DNA from: an uncultured Polyangiaceae bacterium
GTDB lineage: Bacteria; Desulfobacterota; Binatia; UTPRO1
Length of the DNA stretch: 40,039 bases
Assembly: GCA_964631985.1 (NCBI GenBank)
Contig: CAZWAX010000004.1
Location: forward strand, 1-40,039
Direction of reading: 5' to 3'
The translations under genes and the position numbers were made by a program. Shown in pieces: positions 8,843 to 17,897 of this stretch; the stretch's first letter is position 1, and every line of letters starts with the position of its first letter. Below the pieces are notes generated by a model, which saw only the letters and a program-made list of their open reading frames with translations, did no database searches and was not told the origin of the DNA.

Positions 8843-10645
8843 ATGGGGGATCGACGGTGGCGACCGAGCGCGTGGACCCTCGGCCTGTGGCTTCTGCTCG
8901 TCTGGCCCGCCGCCGCCATGGCCGAGGAGTGCGGGGCCGACGGGGACGTCGCGATGCTCGTCTCGCCGCAGGCGCCGGTCGCCGGCGGCTACGTGCGCGT
9001 GCTCGCGGCGAGCGACCTCGGACGGCTTGGCGACCTCGTCGTGACGGACGCGTCCGGTGGTGCCCCGACCGCCATCACGAGCGCGGTCGAGCGGCTCGGC
9101 GGCCCACCCTGGAGCGCGACCGTCACGCTCGCCGCCATCGGGGGGGGCACGTACGGGGTGGAGGCGATCCGCGCCGGCGTTCCCGTAGGATGCGCGACGT
9201 TCCAGGTGACCGCGGCGCGCCGGCGCCCCGCCCCTGCCCGCGCGGCCTGGGATCGCGATGGCGAGGCTCTCTACGCGGCGTGGATCGAGCACCTCTTCGA
9301 TGCACCGCCCGCGGCCACGGTTTCGTTCGATGCGCTGCAGGACGTCCTGACCGACCCCGAGCGCAATCTTCTGCACGACCATCTCGGCCTCGGTGAGGAC
9401 AAGGCCGGCGCCCTCGGCCAGCCACCCGACTGCGCCGACATGCCCTACGCCTTACGCGCCTACTTCGGGTGGAAGACCGGCCGGCCGATCGGCTATCGGC
9501 GCTGCAACCGCGGGACGCCGACGCGCCCGCCGAGCTGCGGTCCCCCGACCGCCATGGCGCCGCGCGAGGCCGCCGATCTCGGGCGCTGGTACGCCCGGGT
9601 GGCGCCGCAGGTGATGAACAACGTCCACTCGGGCAGTGCCCGCACGGCGCTCGGGGACGAGGCGACCGACTTCTATCCCGTGGCGCTCACTCGCGCGGCG
9701 CTGCGCCCCGGCACCGTCTACGCCGATCCCTACGGCCACACGTTGATGATCGTGCAATGGGTGCCGCAAACGGCCGAGCGCGGCGGCATGTTGCTCGCGG
9801 TCGACGCACAGCCGGACAACTCGGTCGCGCGGAAGCGCTTCTGGGAGGGCACGTTCCTTTTCGCCGACGACGTCGCGGCGGCGGGCCCCGGGTTCAAGGC
9901 CTTCCGGCCGCTCGTCGCGACCGGGAACAAAGGCGTCGAGATCGCGCCGCTCGGCAACGCCGCGCTCGCCGACGACCCGCGCTTCGCGCCCTACTCGACG
10001 GAGCAGGCCCTCCTCACCCCCGACGACTTCTACGCGCGGCTCGGCCGGCTCATCAATCCCGACGGGCTCCGTCCGCTGCAGGCCTACGACGCGATGCTCG
10101 CCGCGCTGCTCGAGCAGCTCACGACCCGCGTCGACTCGGTACAACGCGGCGAGGACTACGTGCGCGCCCACCCGCCGGAGACGATCGCCATGCCGGAGGG
10201 CGCCGCGATCTTCGAGACCATCGGCCCGTGGGAGGACTACGCGACCCCGTCGCGCGACCTCCGCCTGCAGATCGCGATGAAGGTCCTCCTCGACTTGCCC
10301 GAGCACTTCGGGCGGCATCCGGAGCTCTACCTCCTCGACGGCCGCCCCTCCGCCGAGGCGCGCCTTCTCGTCGAGGATCATCATGCCTTCGCCGTCGAAG
10401 GGCACACGATCACGTACGTGCGAAGCGACGGCAGCCCCTGGCGCCTCACGGTCGCCGAGCTTCTGGACCGCCGCACGGCGCTCGAGATGGCCTACAACCC
10501 GAACGACTGCGTCGAGATCCGCTGGGGCGCCCTGCCCGGCACGGACGAGCGGGCCACCTGCCGCCGCCACGCGCCGGTTGAGCAACGCGCTCGCATGGAA
10601 ACGTACCGCCCGTGGTTCCGTGACGGCCGCCGTCCGGGGCGGTGA
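8843..10645 (+). CDS. Secreted hypothetical protein with a candidate papain-like Cys-His catalytic pair
   Basis: Signal peptide (...LWLLLVWPAAAMA-EE), DCADMPYALRAYF and YGHTLMIV motifs; 600 aa with coding-like composition. Confidence 0.75.
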   Translation: MGDRRWRPSAWTLGLWLLLVWPAAAMAEECGADGDVAMLVSPQAPVAGGYVRVLAASDLGRLGDLVVTDASGGAPTAITSAVERLGGPPWSATVTLAAIGGGTYGVEAIRAGVPVGCATFQVTAARRRPAPARAAWDRDGEALYAAWIEHLFDAPPAATVSFDALQDVLTDPERNLLHDHLGLGEDKAGALGQPPDCADMPYALRAYFGWKTGRPIGYRRCNRGTPTRPPSCGPPTAMAPREAADLGRWYARVAPQVMNNVHSGSARTALGDEATDFYPVALTRAALRPGTVYADPYGHTLMIVQWVPQTAERGGMLLAVDAQPDNSVARKRFWEGTFLFADDVAAAGPGFKAFRPLVATGNKGVEIAPLGNAALADDPRFAPYSTEQALLTPDDFYARLGRLINPDGLRPLQAYDAMLAALLEQLTTRVDSVQRGEDYVRAHPPETIAMPEGAAIFETIGPWEDYATPSRDLRLQIAMKVLLDLPEHFGRHPELYLLDGRPSAEARLLVEDHHAFAVEGHTITYVRSDGSPWRLTVAELLDRRTALEMAYNPNDCVEIRWGALPGTDERATCRRHAPVEQRARMETYRPWFRDGRRPGR

Positions 10646-10793
10646 CCCAGCTCGCACATCCCCCGGCTCGCTGGACCGCTCGGCCGCACGCTGCGCGTGC
10701 GGACGTCGGATCTTGGGTCACCTACCCAGCCGCCGGGCGCTGCGTTGCTTGGAGCCTGCGGACTCACTATCCGCAGTCACGCGCGGAGGTCCG

Positions 10794-11951
10794 ATGCCCC
10801 CACCCACGATCACGTTGATGGACGATGCCGCCGTCGTGCGGCGGCTCTTCGATCACATCGACCGGGGCAGCACGGATTTGAGCGAGGGCGTGTGGCGGGA
10901 ACCGGTCGCCCACTACCTGGCGCCGGAACGCTACGCCGCCGAGCTCGCGCTGCTCGGCCGCGGCACGACGGCGTTCTGTCCGTCGGCGGCGCTTCCGGAG
11001 GCCGGCGCGTACGTGAGTCGACACGCCGCCGGCATGCCCATCCTGGCGGTACGCGGCAGCGACGGCCGAGTCCGCGCGTTCCGGAACGCGTGTCGCCACC
11101 GCGGCGCCCGCCTCGTCGAGGGCTCGGGCTGCGAGAAGGCGTTCGTCTGCCGTTATCACGGCTGGACGTACGGCCTCGATGGCGCGCTCCGCCACGTCCC
11201 GCACGCGCATGGCTTCCCGGGTCTCGACGTCGACGCCCGCGGCCTGGTCGCGCTCCCGACGGTCGAGGCCCACGGCCTCGTGTTCGTGAGCCAGGGTCCG
11301 CCGCGTCCGAACGCTCCGGAGATCGCCGAGCTCCCGACGCTCATCCCGCCCGGGCGCCGGCTCGTGCAAGCGACCGAGCAGGATCTTCCGGTCAACTGGA
11401 AGGTCTTCGTCGAGTCGTTCCTCGAGGGCTACCACATCCGCACCACCCATCGGGACACGTTCTACCCGGTGCAGTACGACAACCTGAACGTCGTCGAGAC
11501 CTTCGGCGCCAACAGCCGGGTCACGTTTCCCTACCGCGCGCTCGAGAAGCTGCGCGCGCTGGCGCCGGCGGAGTGGCGCGTCGAGGGGAAGCTCACCTAC
11601 GTCTACCATCTCTTCCCGAACGTGATGGTCGCGACGTTCCCCCACTTCATTTTCATGGTCGCGGTCGAGCCGCTCGCGATCGACCGCACCCGCTTCCACA
11701 CCTACATCACCGCGGCCGAGGGCTCGCCGGCGATCGAGCGCGATGAGCGCGCCGCGCGCGGCACGCCCGGCGCCGGCGCCGCCCTCATCGCGACCGCCGC
11801 CCTCGAGGACAACGCCGCCACGATCGCGGTCCAGGAGGGGCTCACGAGCGGCGCCAACACGTTCCTCGAGTTCGGGCGCTGCGAAGGCGCGATCGGCCAC
11901 TTCCACCGCACTCTGCAGGCCGCGCTCGACGCGTCAGCCGGCGGCGCCTGA
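10794..11951 (+). CDS. Rieske non-heme iron oxygenase, alpha subunit
   Basis: RBS GGAGG then ATG 10794. Rieske motif CRHRG...CRYHGW; mononuclear Fe motif NWKVFVESFLEGYHIRTTH and C-terminal LED. Confidence 0.92.
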   Translation: MPPPTITLMDDAAVVRRLFDHIDRGSTDLSEGVWREPVAHYLAPERYAAELALLGRGTTAFCPSAALPEAGAYVSRHAAGMPILAVRGSDGRVRAFRNACRHRGARLVEGSGCEKAFVCRYHGWTYGLDGALRHVPHAHGFPGLDVDARGLVALPTVEAHGLVFVSQGPPRPNAPEIAELPTLIPPGRRLVQATEQDLPVNWKVFVESFLEGYHIRTTHRDTFYPVQYDNLNVVETFGANSRVTFPYRALEKLRALAPAEWRVEGKLTYVYHLFPNVMVATFPHFIFMVAVEPLAIDRTRFHTYITAAEGSPAIERDERAARGTPGAGAALIATAALEDNAATIAVQEGLTSGANTFLEFGRCEGAIGHFHRTLQAALDASAGGA

Positions 11952-12578
11952 TCGACTGCCCCCGATGCTCGCGAACGCCGCGGCAATCCGCAGCGGCGCC
12001 TGCGGACGGGCGTACATCCGCTCCATGTAGTCCCGGAGGCGCCGGCAGGCGCCGAGCAGCTCGCACTCGTTGGCCCAGTCGAGTGTGTAGGCCGTGACGA
12101 AGTCCGCGACCGTGACCCGGCTCCCTGCCACGAACTCGCGGCCTTCCATGTGGCGCTCCAGCACGGCTGCCATCTCCGTGAACTCGCGGCTCGCGATCGC
12201 CACGTCGGCCGGCAACCGCTCGGCCTCGGGATAGAGGTCGGTGTGCCGCGCGATCCGCCAGAGCGGCTGCTCGAGCTCGGTCACCACGAAGAAGAGCCAG
12301 CGGTAGAGCTCCGCCCGCTCCCCGAGGTCGGTCGGCATCAGCCCCCGGTCGGGATACTTCTCGGCGAGATACACGACGATCGCCGCCGACTCGGTGATCA
12401 CGCGCTCGCCGTCGACCAGCACCGGGATCTTCGCGGCCGGATTGAGCACCAGGAAATGGGGGCTCCGGTGCTCACCCTGCAATAAGTTCACGGTGATGGC
12501 TTGGAAATCCACGCCCAGCTCCTGCAGCGTCCAGCGGACGCGAAGCGAGCGGGTCGGTCCGAACTCATACAGCTTCAT
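11934..12578 (-). CDS. Glutathione S-transferase family protein
   Basis: MKLYEFGPTRSLRVRWTLQEL, NPAAKIPVLVDG, ITESAAI and TVADF. The 3' end overlaps the Rieske gene by 18 bp. Confidence 0.93.
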   Translation of the reverse strand: MKLYEFGPTRSLRVRWTLQELGVDFQAITVNLLQGEHRSPHFLVLNPAAKIPVLVDGERVITESAAIVVYLAEKYPDRGLMPTDLGERAELYRWLFFVVTELEQPLWRIARHTDLYPEAERLPADVAIASREFTEMAAVLERHMEGREFVAGSRVTVADFVTAYTLDWANECELLGACRRLRDYMERMYARPQAPLRIAAAFASIGGSRSGAAG

Positions 12579-12790
12579 GCGACGTCCCTCCATGGCGGCC
12601 GTGCCGGCCGCGTGTAGTCATGGGGACATCGTTTGAGCACGGCTGATTTCGACACCGGCACGGAGCTGATCGTCAGGCGGCGCGCCGCGGATGGACGACC
12701 AGCTCCACGTCGCAGCCGCGAGCACGGGGACCGGCGCAGCGGATGCCGCGTCGCCGCGTCGACTCTATGCTCGGCGAAACTATTCCGCGG

Positions 12791-14497
12791 CTATCGCCGC
12801 ATCTCGTACGCGCCGCTGAGCGGCGCCACCTGGCCCGCCCAGACCCGGTCGTAGCGCGCTTGGTCGTGCACCGCCTTCTGCATCATGCGGCGGCAGCACG
12901 CGCCCTGCTTCTCCGTGCTCGACGGCTGCGAGAGCAGCTGGAGCGCGAACTTCGACATGTCGCGGACCATGAAGTCGAAGATCTGGTCGAGCAGGTCGTC
13001 GTCGACACCATAGATGGGGGCGTTCTCGAGGATCAGCTGGGCGTAGACGACCAGCGCGAAGATCTCGCCGCCGGCGAGCAGGAACGCGATGTCCTTCATC
13101 TGATCCGGGCCCGGCGGGTCGGTCATCAGGAGCTCGCGGAAGATCTCGGCCTGCTCCGCGAAGCGCTTCACGTTCGGCAGCTCGACGCCCTCGAAGGCCT
13201 TCCGATAGTCGTTGAACTGGATCTGGCTGAGACCCTTGGCGCCCCCCTGGTGGAAGAGGAAATCGTCGTTGCGGGCCTCGCTCTGGGTCGGGACCGGCGG
13301 GTACTCAGCCGGGGTGAAGAAGAAGTTGGGCATGAATTTGACGATGAGGGCGATGTTGACGTGCACCGTGCCCTCGAGCTTCGGCAGGCCGCGGATGTCG
13401 GTCGCGGCCTGGCTGAAGTACATGTCCTTTTCGAAACCCTTGGCGGCGATGGTGTCCCACATGAGGTTGATGACTTCCTCGCCCTGGGTCGTGACCTTCA
13501 TCTTCACCATCGGGTTGTAGAGCAGGTAGCGCCGGTCCTCGTTGGATGCCGTCCGCATGTAGTCGGCGGCGCGGAGCGCGAAGAGCTTCATCGCGACCAG
13601 GCGGCAATAGGCGTCGACGAAGTTCTGGCGCACGTGCGGGAAGTCGGTCACGTGCATCTTGTAGAGGACGCGGTTCGAGGCGTGGGTGATCGCCTCGTAG
13701 AGCGCGTGAGTGCAGATGCCGATCGAGGCCCAGCCGAGGTTGTACTTGCCGATGTTGACGGTGTTGAGCGCGGCGTCCCAGGCGTCGCGCCCGCGGTGCA
13801 GGATGTCGCCCGGCCCGACCGGGTAATCCTTCAGCTCGAACTCCGAGACGTAGTTCTGGCTCGCGACGACGTTCTTGATGAGGTGGTAGTTGGGGTGCTT
13901 TGGGTCGGCGGCGAAGAAGACGTACTCGTCGGCGCCGCCGTTCGTGCCCGGAATTCGGCCGAACGTCGACACGATCGCCGCCGCGTTGCCGTTCCCGATG
14001 TAGTACTTGCGGCCGTTCGCCCGCCAGCCGTCGCCCGCCGGCGTCAGCACCATGTCGGTCGAATAGATGTCGGCGCCATGCGCCTTCTCGGAGAGACCGA
14101 AGGCGAAGATGCCGCCGTCCTCGAGCGCTTGCGCCGTGCGCCGCCGGACCGCCTCGTTCTTGCTCATCCAGATCGGCCCGAGGCCGAGCACCGAAACCTG
14201 CCAGGTGTACCAGTACTGCAGTCCGTAGAAGCCGAGGATCTCGGCGAACTCGCAGATGCGCCAGGTGTCCCAGCGGCCGTCGGGGGCGCCCTCGCCCGCC
14301 GGCGTGCACATGGTCGCGAAGATGCGGTTCGCCTTCACGAACTCGAGGAAGTCGGCGTACCAGCCGCGGTCGTAATAGTCGGCGAGGAGCTTGTCCTTCC
14401 CCTTGGTCTCGAAGAACGCGATCGTCTTCCGCATCACCTCGGTCGAGCGATCGTCGGCGTAGGGACGGGCGTGCTTCGTGGGGTTGAGCAAGATCAT
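12791..14497 (-). CDS. Acyl-CoA dehydrogenase family protein
   Basis: RBS GAGGAGG then MILLNP. Motifs FAFGLSEKAHGAD, ANGRKYYIGNG and PKLEGTVHVN. Confidence 0.92.
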   Translation of the reverse strand: MILLNPTKHARPYADDRSTEVMRKTIAFFETKGKDKLLADYYDRGWYADFLEFVKANRIFATMCTPAGEGAPDGRWDTWRICEFAEILGFYGLQYWYTWQVSVLGLGPIWMSKNEAVRRRTAQALEDGGIFAFGLSEKAHGADIYSTDMVLTPAGDGWRANGRKYYIGNGNAAAIVSTFGRIPGTNGGADEYVFFAADPKHPNYHLIKNVVASQNYVSEFELKDYPVGPGDILHRGRDAWDAALNTVNIGKYNLGWASIGICTHALYEAITHASNRVLYKMHVTDFPHVRQNFVDAYCRLVAMKLFALRAADYMRTASNEDRRYLLYNPMVKMKVTTQGEEVINLMWDTIAAKGFEKDMYFSQAATDIRGLPKLEGTVHVNIALIVKFMPNFFFTPAEYPPVPTQSEARNDDFLFHQGGAKGLSQIQFNDYRKAFEGVELPNVKRFAEQAEIFRELLMTDPPGPDQMKDIAFLLAGGEIFALVVYAQLILENAPIYGVDDDLLDQIFDFMVRDMSKFALQLLSQPSSTEKQGACCRRMMQKAVHDQARYDRVWAGQVAPLSGAYEMRR

Positions 14498-14732
14498 GGG
14501 CGTGGCCTCCTCGTGCTGGGGTGAGGCGGGTCCTATCGCAGGCGCGCGAAGGGTGTCGAGCGCGGCCCTGCCCACGGGGTTGACCTTGGCCGATCAGGCC
14601 TTACCGTCGTGAGGCGTCGTAGCAGCCTCCCGCTCAGCCATCCGTTTTCCCCGCCTCGCTTTCACCGATTCGACTGCTGCTCAGAGCAACGCACAGCCGG
14701 CCCTCGGCTTCGCGACGACGATCGTCTCGATC

Positions 14733-15080
14733 ATGGACCAACTCGACAACCGCATATTCGAGCCCGACGTGACCCTCGCGTCCGAGCTCCGCACGACCCG
14801 GACCGGACTTCCCGACCCGGAACGTGAGCTCTTGATTGCCGTCCTCGAGGACGCCGCGCGCTGCTTCCTCCACCACTGCGCCGCGACCGATCGGAAGCAG
14901 CGGGTGCTCTACGAGGAGGCACGCGATTGGTTCTTCTCGGCCGATCGCACCCGCCTGTTCGCCTTCGAGAGCGTCTGCGACGTCCTCGGCATCGATCCCG
15001 CTTATCTGCGACGGGGAATGCGCGCGGAGCGAGATCGACGGCGCGCCGGCGCGAGCGGATCCGCCACCCGCACGGCCTAG
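14733..15080 (+). CDS. Small hypothetical protein (helical; possible HTH-like C-terminus)
   Basis: 115 aa with coding-like composition: PERELLIAVLEDAARCF...EEARDWFFS...FAFESVCDVLGIDPAYLRRGM. A possible TTGACC-N16-TACCGT promoter lies upstream at 14581. Confidence 0.75.
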   Translation: MDQLDNRIFEPDVTLASELRTTRTGLPDPERELLIAVLEDAARCFLHHCAATDRKQRVLYEEARDWFFSADRTRLFAFESVCDVLGIDPAYLRRGMRAERDRRRAGASGSATRTA

Positions 15081-15269
15081 GCTCCACACGCGGTTGCCGA
15101 CACCGGCCGATGGCGTGTAGTCGGGGGCGCTCCCACCGACCTGCGCCCATGAGCCCTCCCGTCCTGACATCCGACGACGTCGACCGGTCGTGCCGCTCCG
15201 CGCGGCGCGGGCTCTGGGGCGCCGGCACGCTCGTCGGGCTCGCCGTGCCGGGCCGCCCGCGAGCCTCGT

Positions 15270-15417
15270 CGTGAAGGGACCCGTTCTCGTCGAAACCACG
15301 CAGGCGAGGCATCAGAAGCGCCTCGGCGTCGGCGTCAACGGGCCGCTCGGACCCGCCACGCTCGACACCGCCAAGGAGGTCGAGCTCTGCATCCCCTCGA
15401 CGCCGAGTCTCCCGTGA
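15270..15417 (+). pseudogene. Probable C-terminal remnant of a Cys-containing secreted repeat protein
   Basis: ...VGVNGPLGPATLDTAKEVELCIPSTPSLP* reads as coding and its stop overlaps the next start (GTGA), but it has no convincing 5' end. Confidence 0.35.
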
Positions 15418-16415
15418 CCGACATGGCGCACGGCAAGGCACTGGTGCTCGGCGCCAACGGGTTCCTCGGGAGCCACGTCACGCGGCAGCTCGCCGACGCC
15501 GGCCGCGACGTCCGCATCCTCGTCCGCCGCACCAGCGACACGCGCGCCATCGACGATCTCGCGGTCGAGCGCCGGATCGGCGACGTGCTCGACCCGCCGT
15601 CGCTCCTCGCCGCGATGGACGGCTGCGCGAGCGTCTTCCATTGCGCGGTCGACACGCGCGCCTGGCTGCATGACCCCGCACCGCTCTTCCGGGTGAACGT
15701 CGAGGGACTGCGGAACGCGATCGACGCGGCGCTGGCCGCGCGGGTCCAACGCTTCGTCTTCACGAGCACGATCGGCACGATCGGACAGCGCACCGTCGGC
15801 CCGGCGACCGAGCACGACGAGATCGGTCCGCAGGAGCAGGTGCCGGCATACGTCCGCTCCCGCCTCGACGCCGAGGCGCTCTGGCTCGCCGCCTGTCGCG
15901 AGCGCGGTCTCCCCGGGATCGCGCTCTGCGTCGGCAACACCTACGGCGGCCGCGACTGGGCGCCGACGCCACACGGCGCCCTCGTGCAGCGCGCGGCCAA
16001 AGGGCACATGCTGTTCTCGTGGGACGGCGGCGGGCCTTCGGTCGACGTCGACGACGCCGCGCGTGCGCTGCTCCTCGCCGAGACCCAGGGACGAATCGGC
16101 CAGCGTTACATCATCGCCGAGCGCTGGATTTCATTCCGCGAGCTCATCGAGACCGCCGCCGACGCGGCCGGCGCGCGGCGACCGCTCTGGCACGTCCCGA
16201 CCCTCGTCATGGAGACGAGCATCCGGGTGATCGAGACCGTCGCCCGCCTCTTCGGCATCGAGACCCAGGCGACCATGGCGTCGCTCGAGTGCTCGCGGCG
16301 CATGGGCGACATGGACAGCACCAAGGCGCGCACGGAGCTCGGCTGGCAGCCACGCCCGATCGGGGATGCGATCCGCGAGGCCGTCGCATTCCATCTGCGA
16401 CCGCGCCCCACATGA
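15414..16415 (+). CDS. NAD-dependent epimerase/dehydratase (dihydroflavonol-reductase/HpnA-like extended SDR)
   Basis: ALVLGANGFLGS, VFHCA, VNVEG, FVFTST, YVRSR (YxxxK variant) and ARTELGWQPR. Confidence 0.9.
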   Translation: MTDMAHGKALVLGANGFLGSHVTRQLADAGRDVRILVRRTSDTRAIDDLAVERRIGDVLDPPSLLAAMDGCASVFHCAVDTRAWLHDPAPLFRVNVEGLRNAIDAALAARVQRFVFTSTIGTIGQRTVGPATEHDEIGPQEQVPAYVRSRLDAEALWLAACRERGLPGIALCVGNTYGGRDWAPTPHGALVQRAAKGHMLFSWDGGGPSVDVDDAARALLLAETQGRIGQRYIIAERWISFRELIETAADAAGARRPLWHVPTLVMETSIRVIETVARLFGIETQATMASLECSRRMGDMDSTKARTELGWQPRPIGDAIREAVAFHLRPRPT

Positions 16416-16627
16416 CCGCCCAACGCCACCGTCGCCTCCGATCAGACCGTCACGCCGAGGAGACCAAGCTCTGTGGCCGGAGCGGCGCTTCCGGCGTCCT
16501 CGCGACCGCTACCACGTGGCCCTTCGGTCGCGGTATCTTCGAGTGCGTGCTCAGCGCCGGCCGCCTCCACCATCTGCCCGACGACGGCCGGGCGACGCTC
16601 GAAGGCCTCTGGTGCACCCGGGCATGA
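16412..16627 (+). pseudogene. 71-aa ORF resembling a class I SAM-methyltransferase fragment
   Basis: ATGA overlaps with both neighbours. ATTWPFGRGIFECVLSAGRLHHLPDD resembles the A-x-x-LPF-x-D-x-x-FD-x-V...HH-x-x-D segment of methyltransferases; motif I is absent. Confidence 0.45.
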
Positions 16628-17328
16628 GCCCGCGCCGGCGTCCCGTCTCGCGCTTGCCCGCGACCCATGCGCAGCGGCCGATCGTCCCGGACGCCGACTT
16701 CGAGATCGGCCTGGCGGCGCACCTCCGGGACACCATGCCCGCGAAGGCGATCGTCGACCTCTGGGGCCGTTTCGTCGACGGCACGAGCGACTTCGACGCG
16801 ATCCTGCGGCGCGCGATCCTGCGCGCGCTGGCGCTGCGCGTCGGCGACGGCGTCCGCATCGATCCCGGCGCCGGCTTCCTCCACGCCGAGACTTTCGAGA
16901 TCGGCGCCGGCGTCTTCATCGGCGCGCAGGCCTACCTCCAGGGGCGGATCGGCGGCACGTGCCGGATCGGCAACCGGGTCTGGATCGGACCCCAGGCCTA
17001 CCTCGACGCGCGCGATCTCGTGATCGAGGACGAGGTCGGGATCGGCCCGGGCGTCCGCATCCTCGGCTCGGCCCACACCGGGCTGCCGATCGAGGCGCCG
17101 GTGATCCGGACCGATCTCGACGTCGAGCCCGTGCGGATCGAGCGCGGGGCCGACGTCGGGGTGAACGCGGTCGTGCTGCCCGGCGTGACGATCGGGGGGG
17201 GCAGCATCATCGGCGCCGGCGCGGTCGTGACGCGCGACGTGCCGCCACTCGCGATCGTCGCCGGGGTGCCGGCGCGGGTGCTGCGCTACCGGCGCAAGCC
17301 GCGGCCGGGCAAGGTCCATCGCGCCTGA
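16624..17328 (+). CDS. Hexapeptide-repeat (LbetaH) O-acyltransferase, maltose/galactoside acetyltransferase-like
   Basis: IGAGVFIG, IGNRVWIG, IGPGVRILGSAH and VLPGVTIGGGSIIGAGAVVTRDVPPLAIVAGVPAR. Confidence 0.9.
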   Translation: MSPRRRPVSRLPATHAQRPIVPDADFEIGLAAHLRDTMPAKAIVDLWGRFVDGTSDFDAILRRAILRALALRVGDGVRIDPGAGFLHAETFEIGAGVFIGAQAYLQGRIGGTCRIGNRVWIGPQAYLDARDLVIEDEVGIGPGVRILGSAHTGLPIEAPVIRTDLDVEPVRIERGADVGVNAVVLPGVTIGGGSIIGAGAVVTRDVPPLAIVAGVPARVLRYRRKPRPGKVHRA

Positions 17329-17354
17329 GCGGCTGAGCCCTGGACCCGCGCGGC

Positions 17355-17783
17355 TCAGCCGCGCGGCACGAAGCGGAACACGACGATGCCGTCGGGAGGC
17401 GGCTCGTAGCCGCGATGCTTCAGCACGGCGGTCCGTTCGGCCGGCGCGGTGACGCGCGCCGCCCGGAGCTCGTAGAGGTCGTCGGCGATCCGGACCCGCA
17501 CGTCGGGATGCTCGATCCAGACGGCGGCCCAGCTCGTGACGGGCCACCACGACGCGAGCGCCCAGCGATGCGACTGGGCATAGAGGCCGCCCTCGAAGCG
17601 GAAGCACTCGAGCTGGATGGAATGCGGATCCGCGGGCCGCGCTTCGATCTCACAGAAGCGCTTGTCGGGCACGGCCGCCGACCAATCGGCCGGCACCGGC
17701 GTCACGGTGCCGGAGAGCTTGCCGCCGGGAATCGGCCCGCAGGCCGCGACGGCCACGAGGCCCAGCATCGCGATCGTTCGCAT
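17355..17783 (-). CDS. Putative lipoprotein, hypothetical
   Basis: ATG 17783; MRTIAMLGLVAVAAC lipobox followed by GPIPGGKLSG. Confidence 0.75.
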   Translation of the reverse strand: MRTIAMLGLVAVAACGPIPGGKLSGTVTPVPADWSAAVPDKRFCEIEARPADPHSIQLECFRFEGGLYAQSHRWALASWWPVTSWAAVWIEHPDVRVRIADDLYELRAARVTAPAERTAVLKHRGYEPPPDGIVVFRFVPRG

Positions 17784-17897
17784 GGGGACCTTGCTAGCCA
17801 CGGGCGCGGCCACGACGCAACGCGATCCGGTCACAGGGCCGCGCTCCGCACCGCGGCGCCCGGCCGCGGCATCCAACGGCCGGGCCCGGAACCCCCC

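Noticed and set aside
5879-9382. 1167-aa ORF as one giant protein
   Set aside because: Only the last 344 aa (from ATG 6913) are a reductase; the rest is antisense to three plus-strand genes.
12594-12790. Short ORFs between the GST and acyl-CoA dehydrogenase genes
   Set aside because: No RBS, no recognisable motif and shadow-like composition.
15414-16415. Assigning the symbol hpnA or calling a hopanoid cluster
   Set aside because: Only family-level similarity; no other hpn or shc genes in the window.
17329-17362. Inverted repeat GCGGCTGAGCC...GGCTCAGCCGC as a mobile-element end
   Set aside because: A single hairpin between convergent stops with no transposase; at most a terminator.
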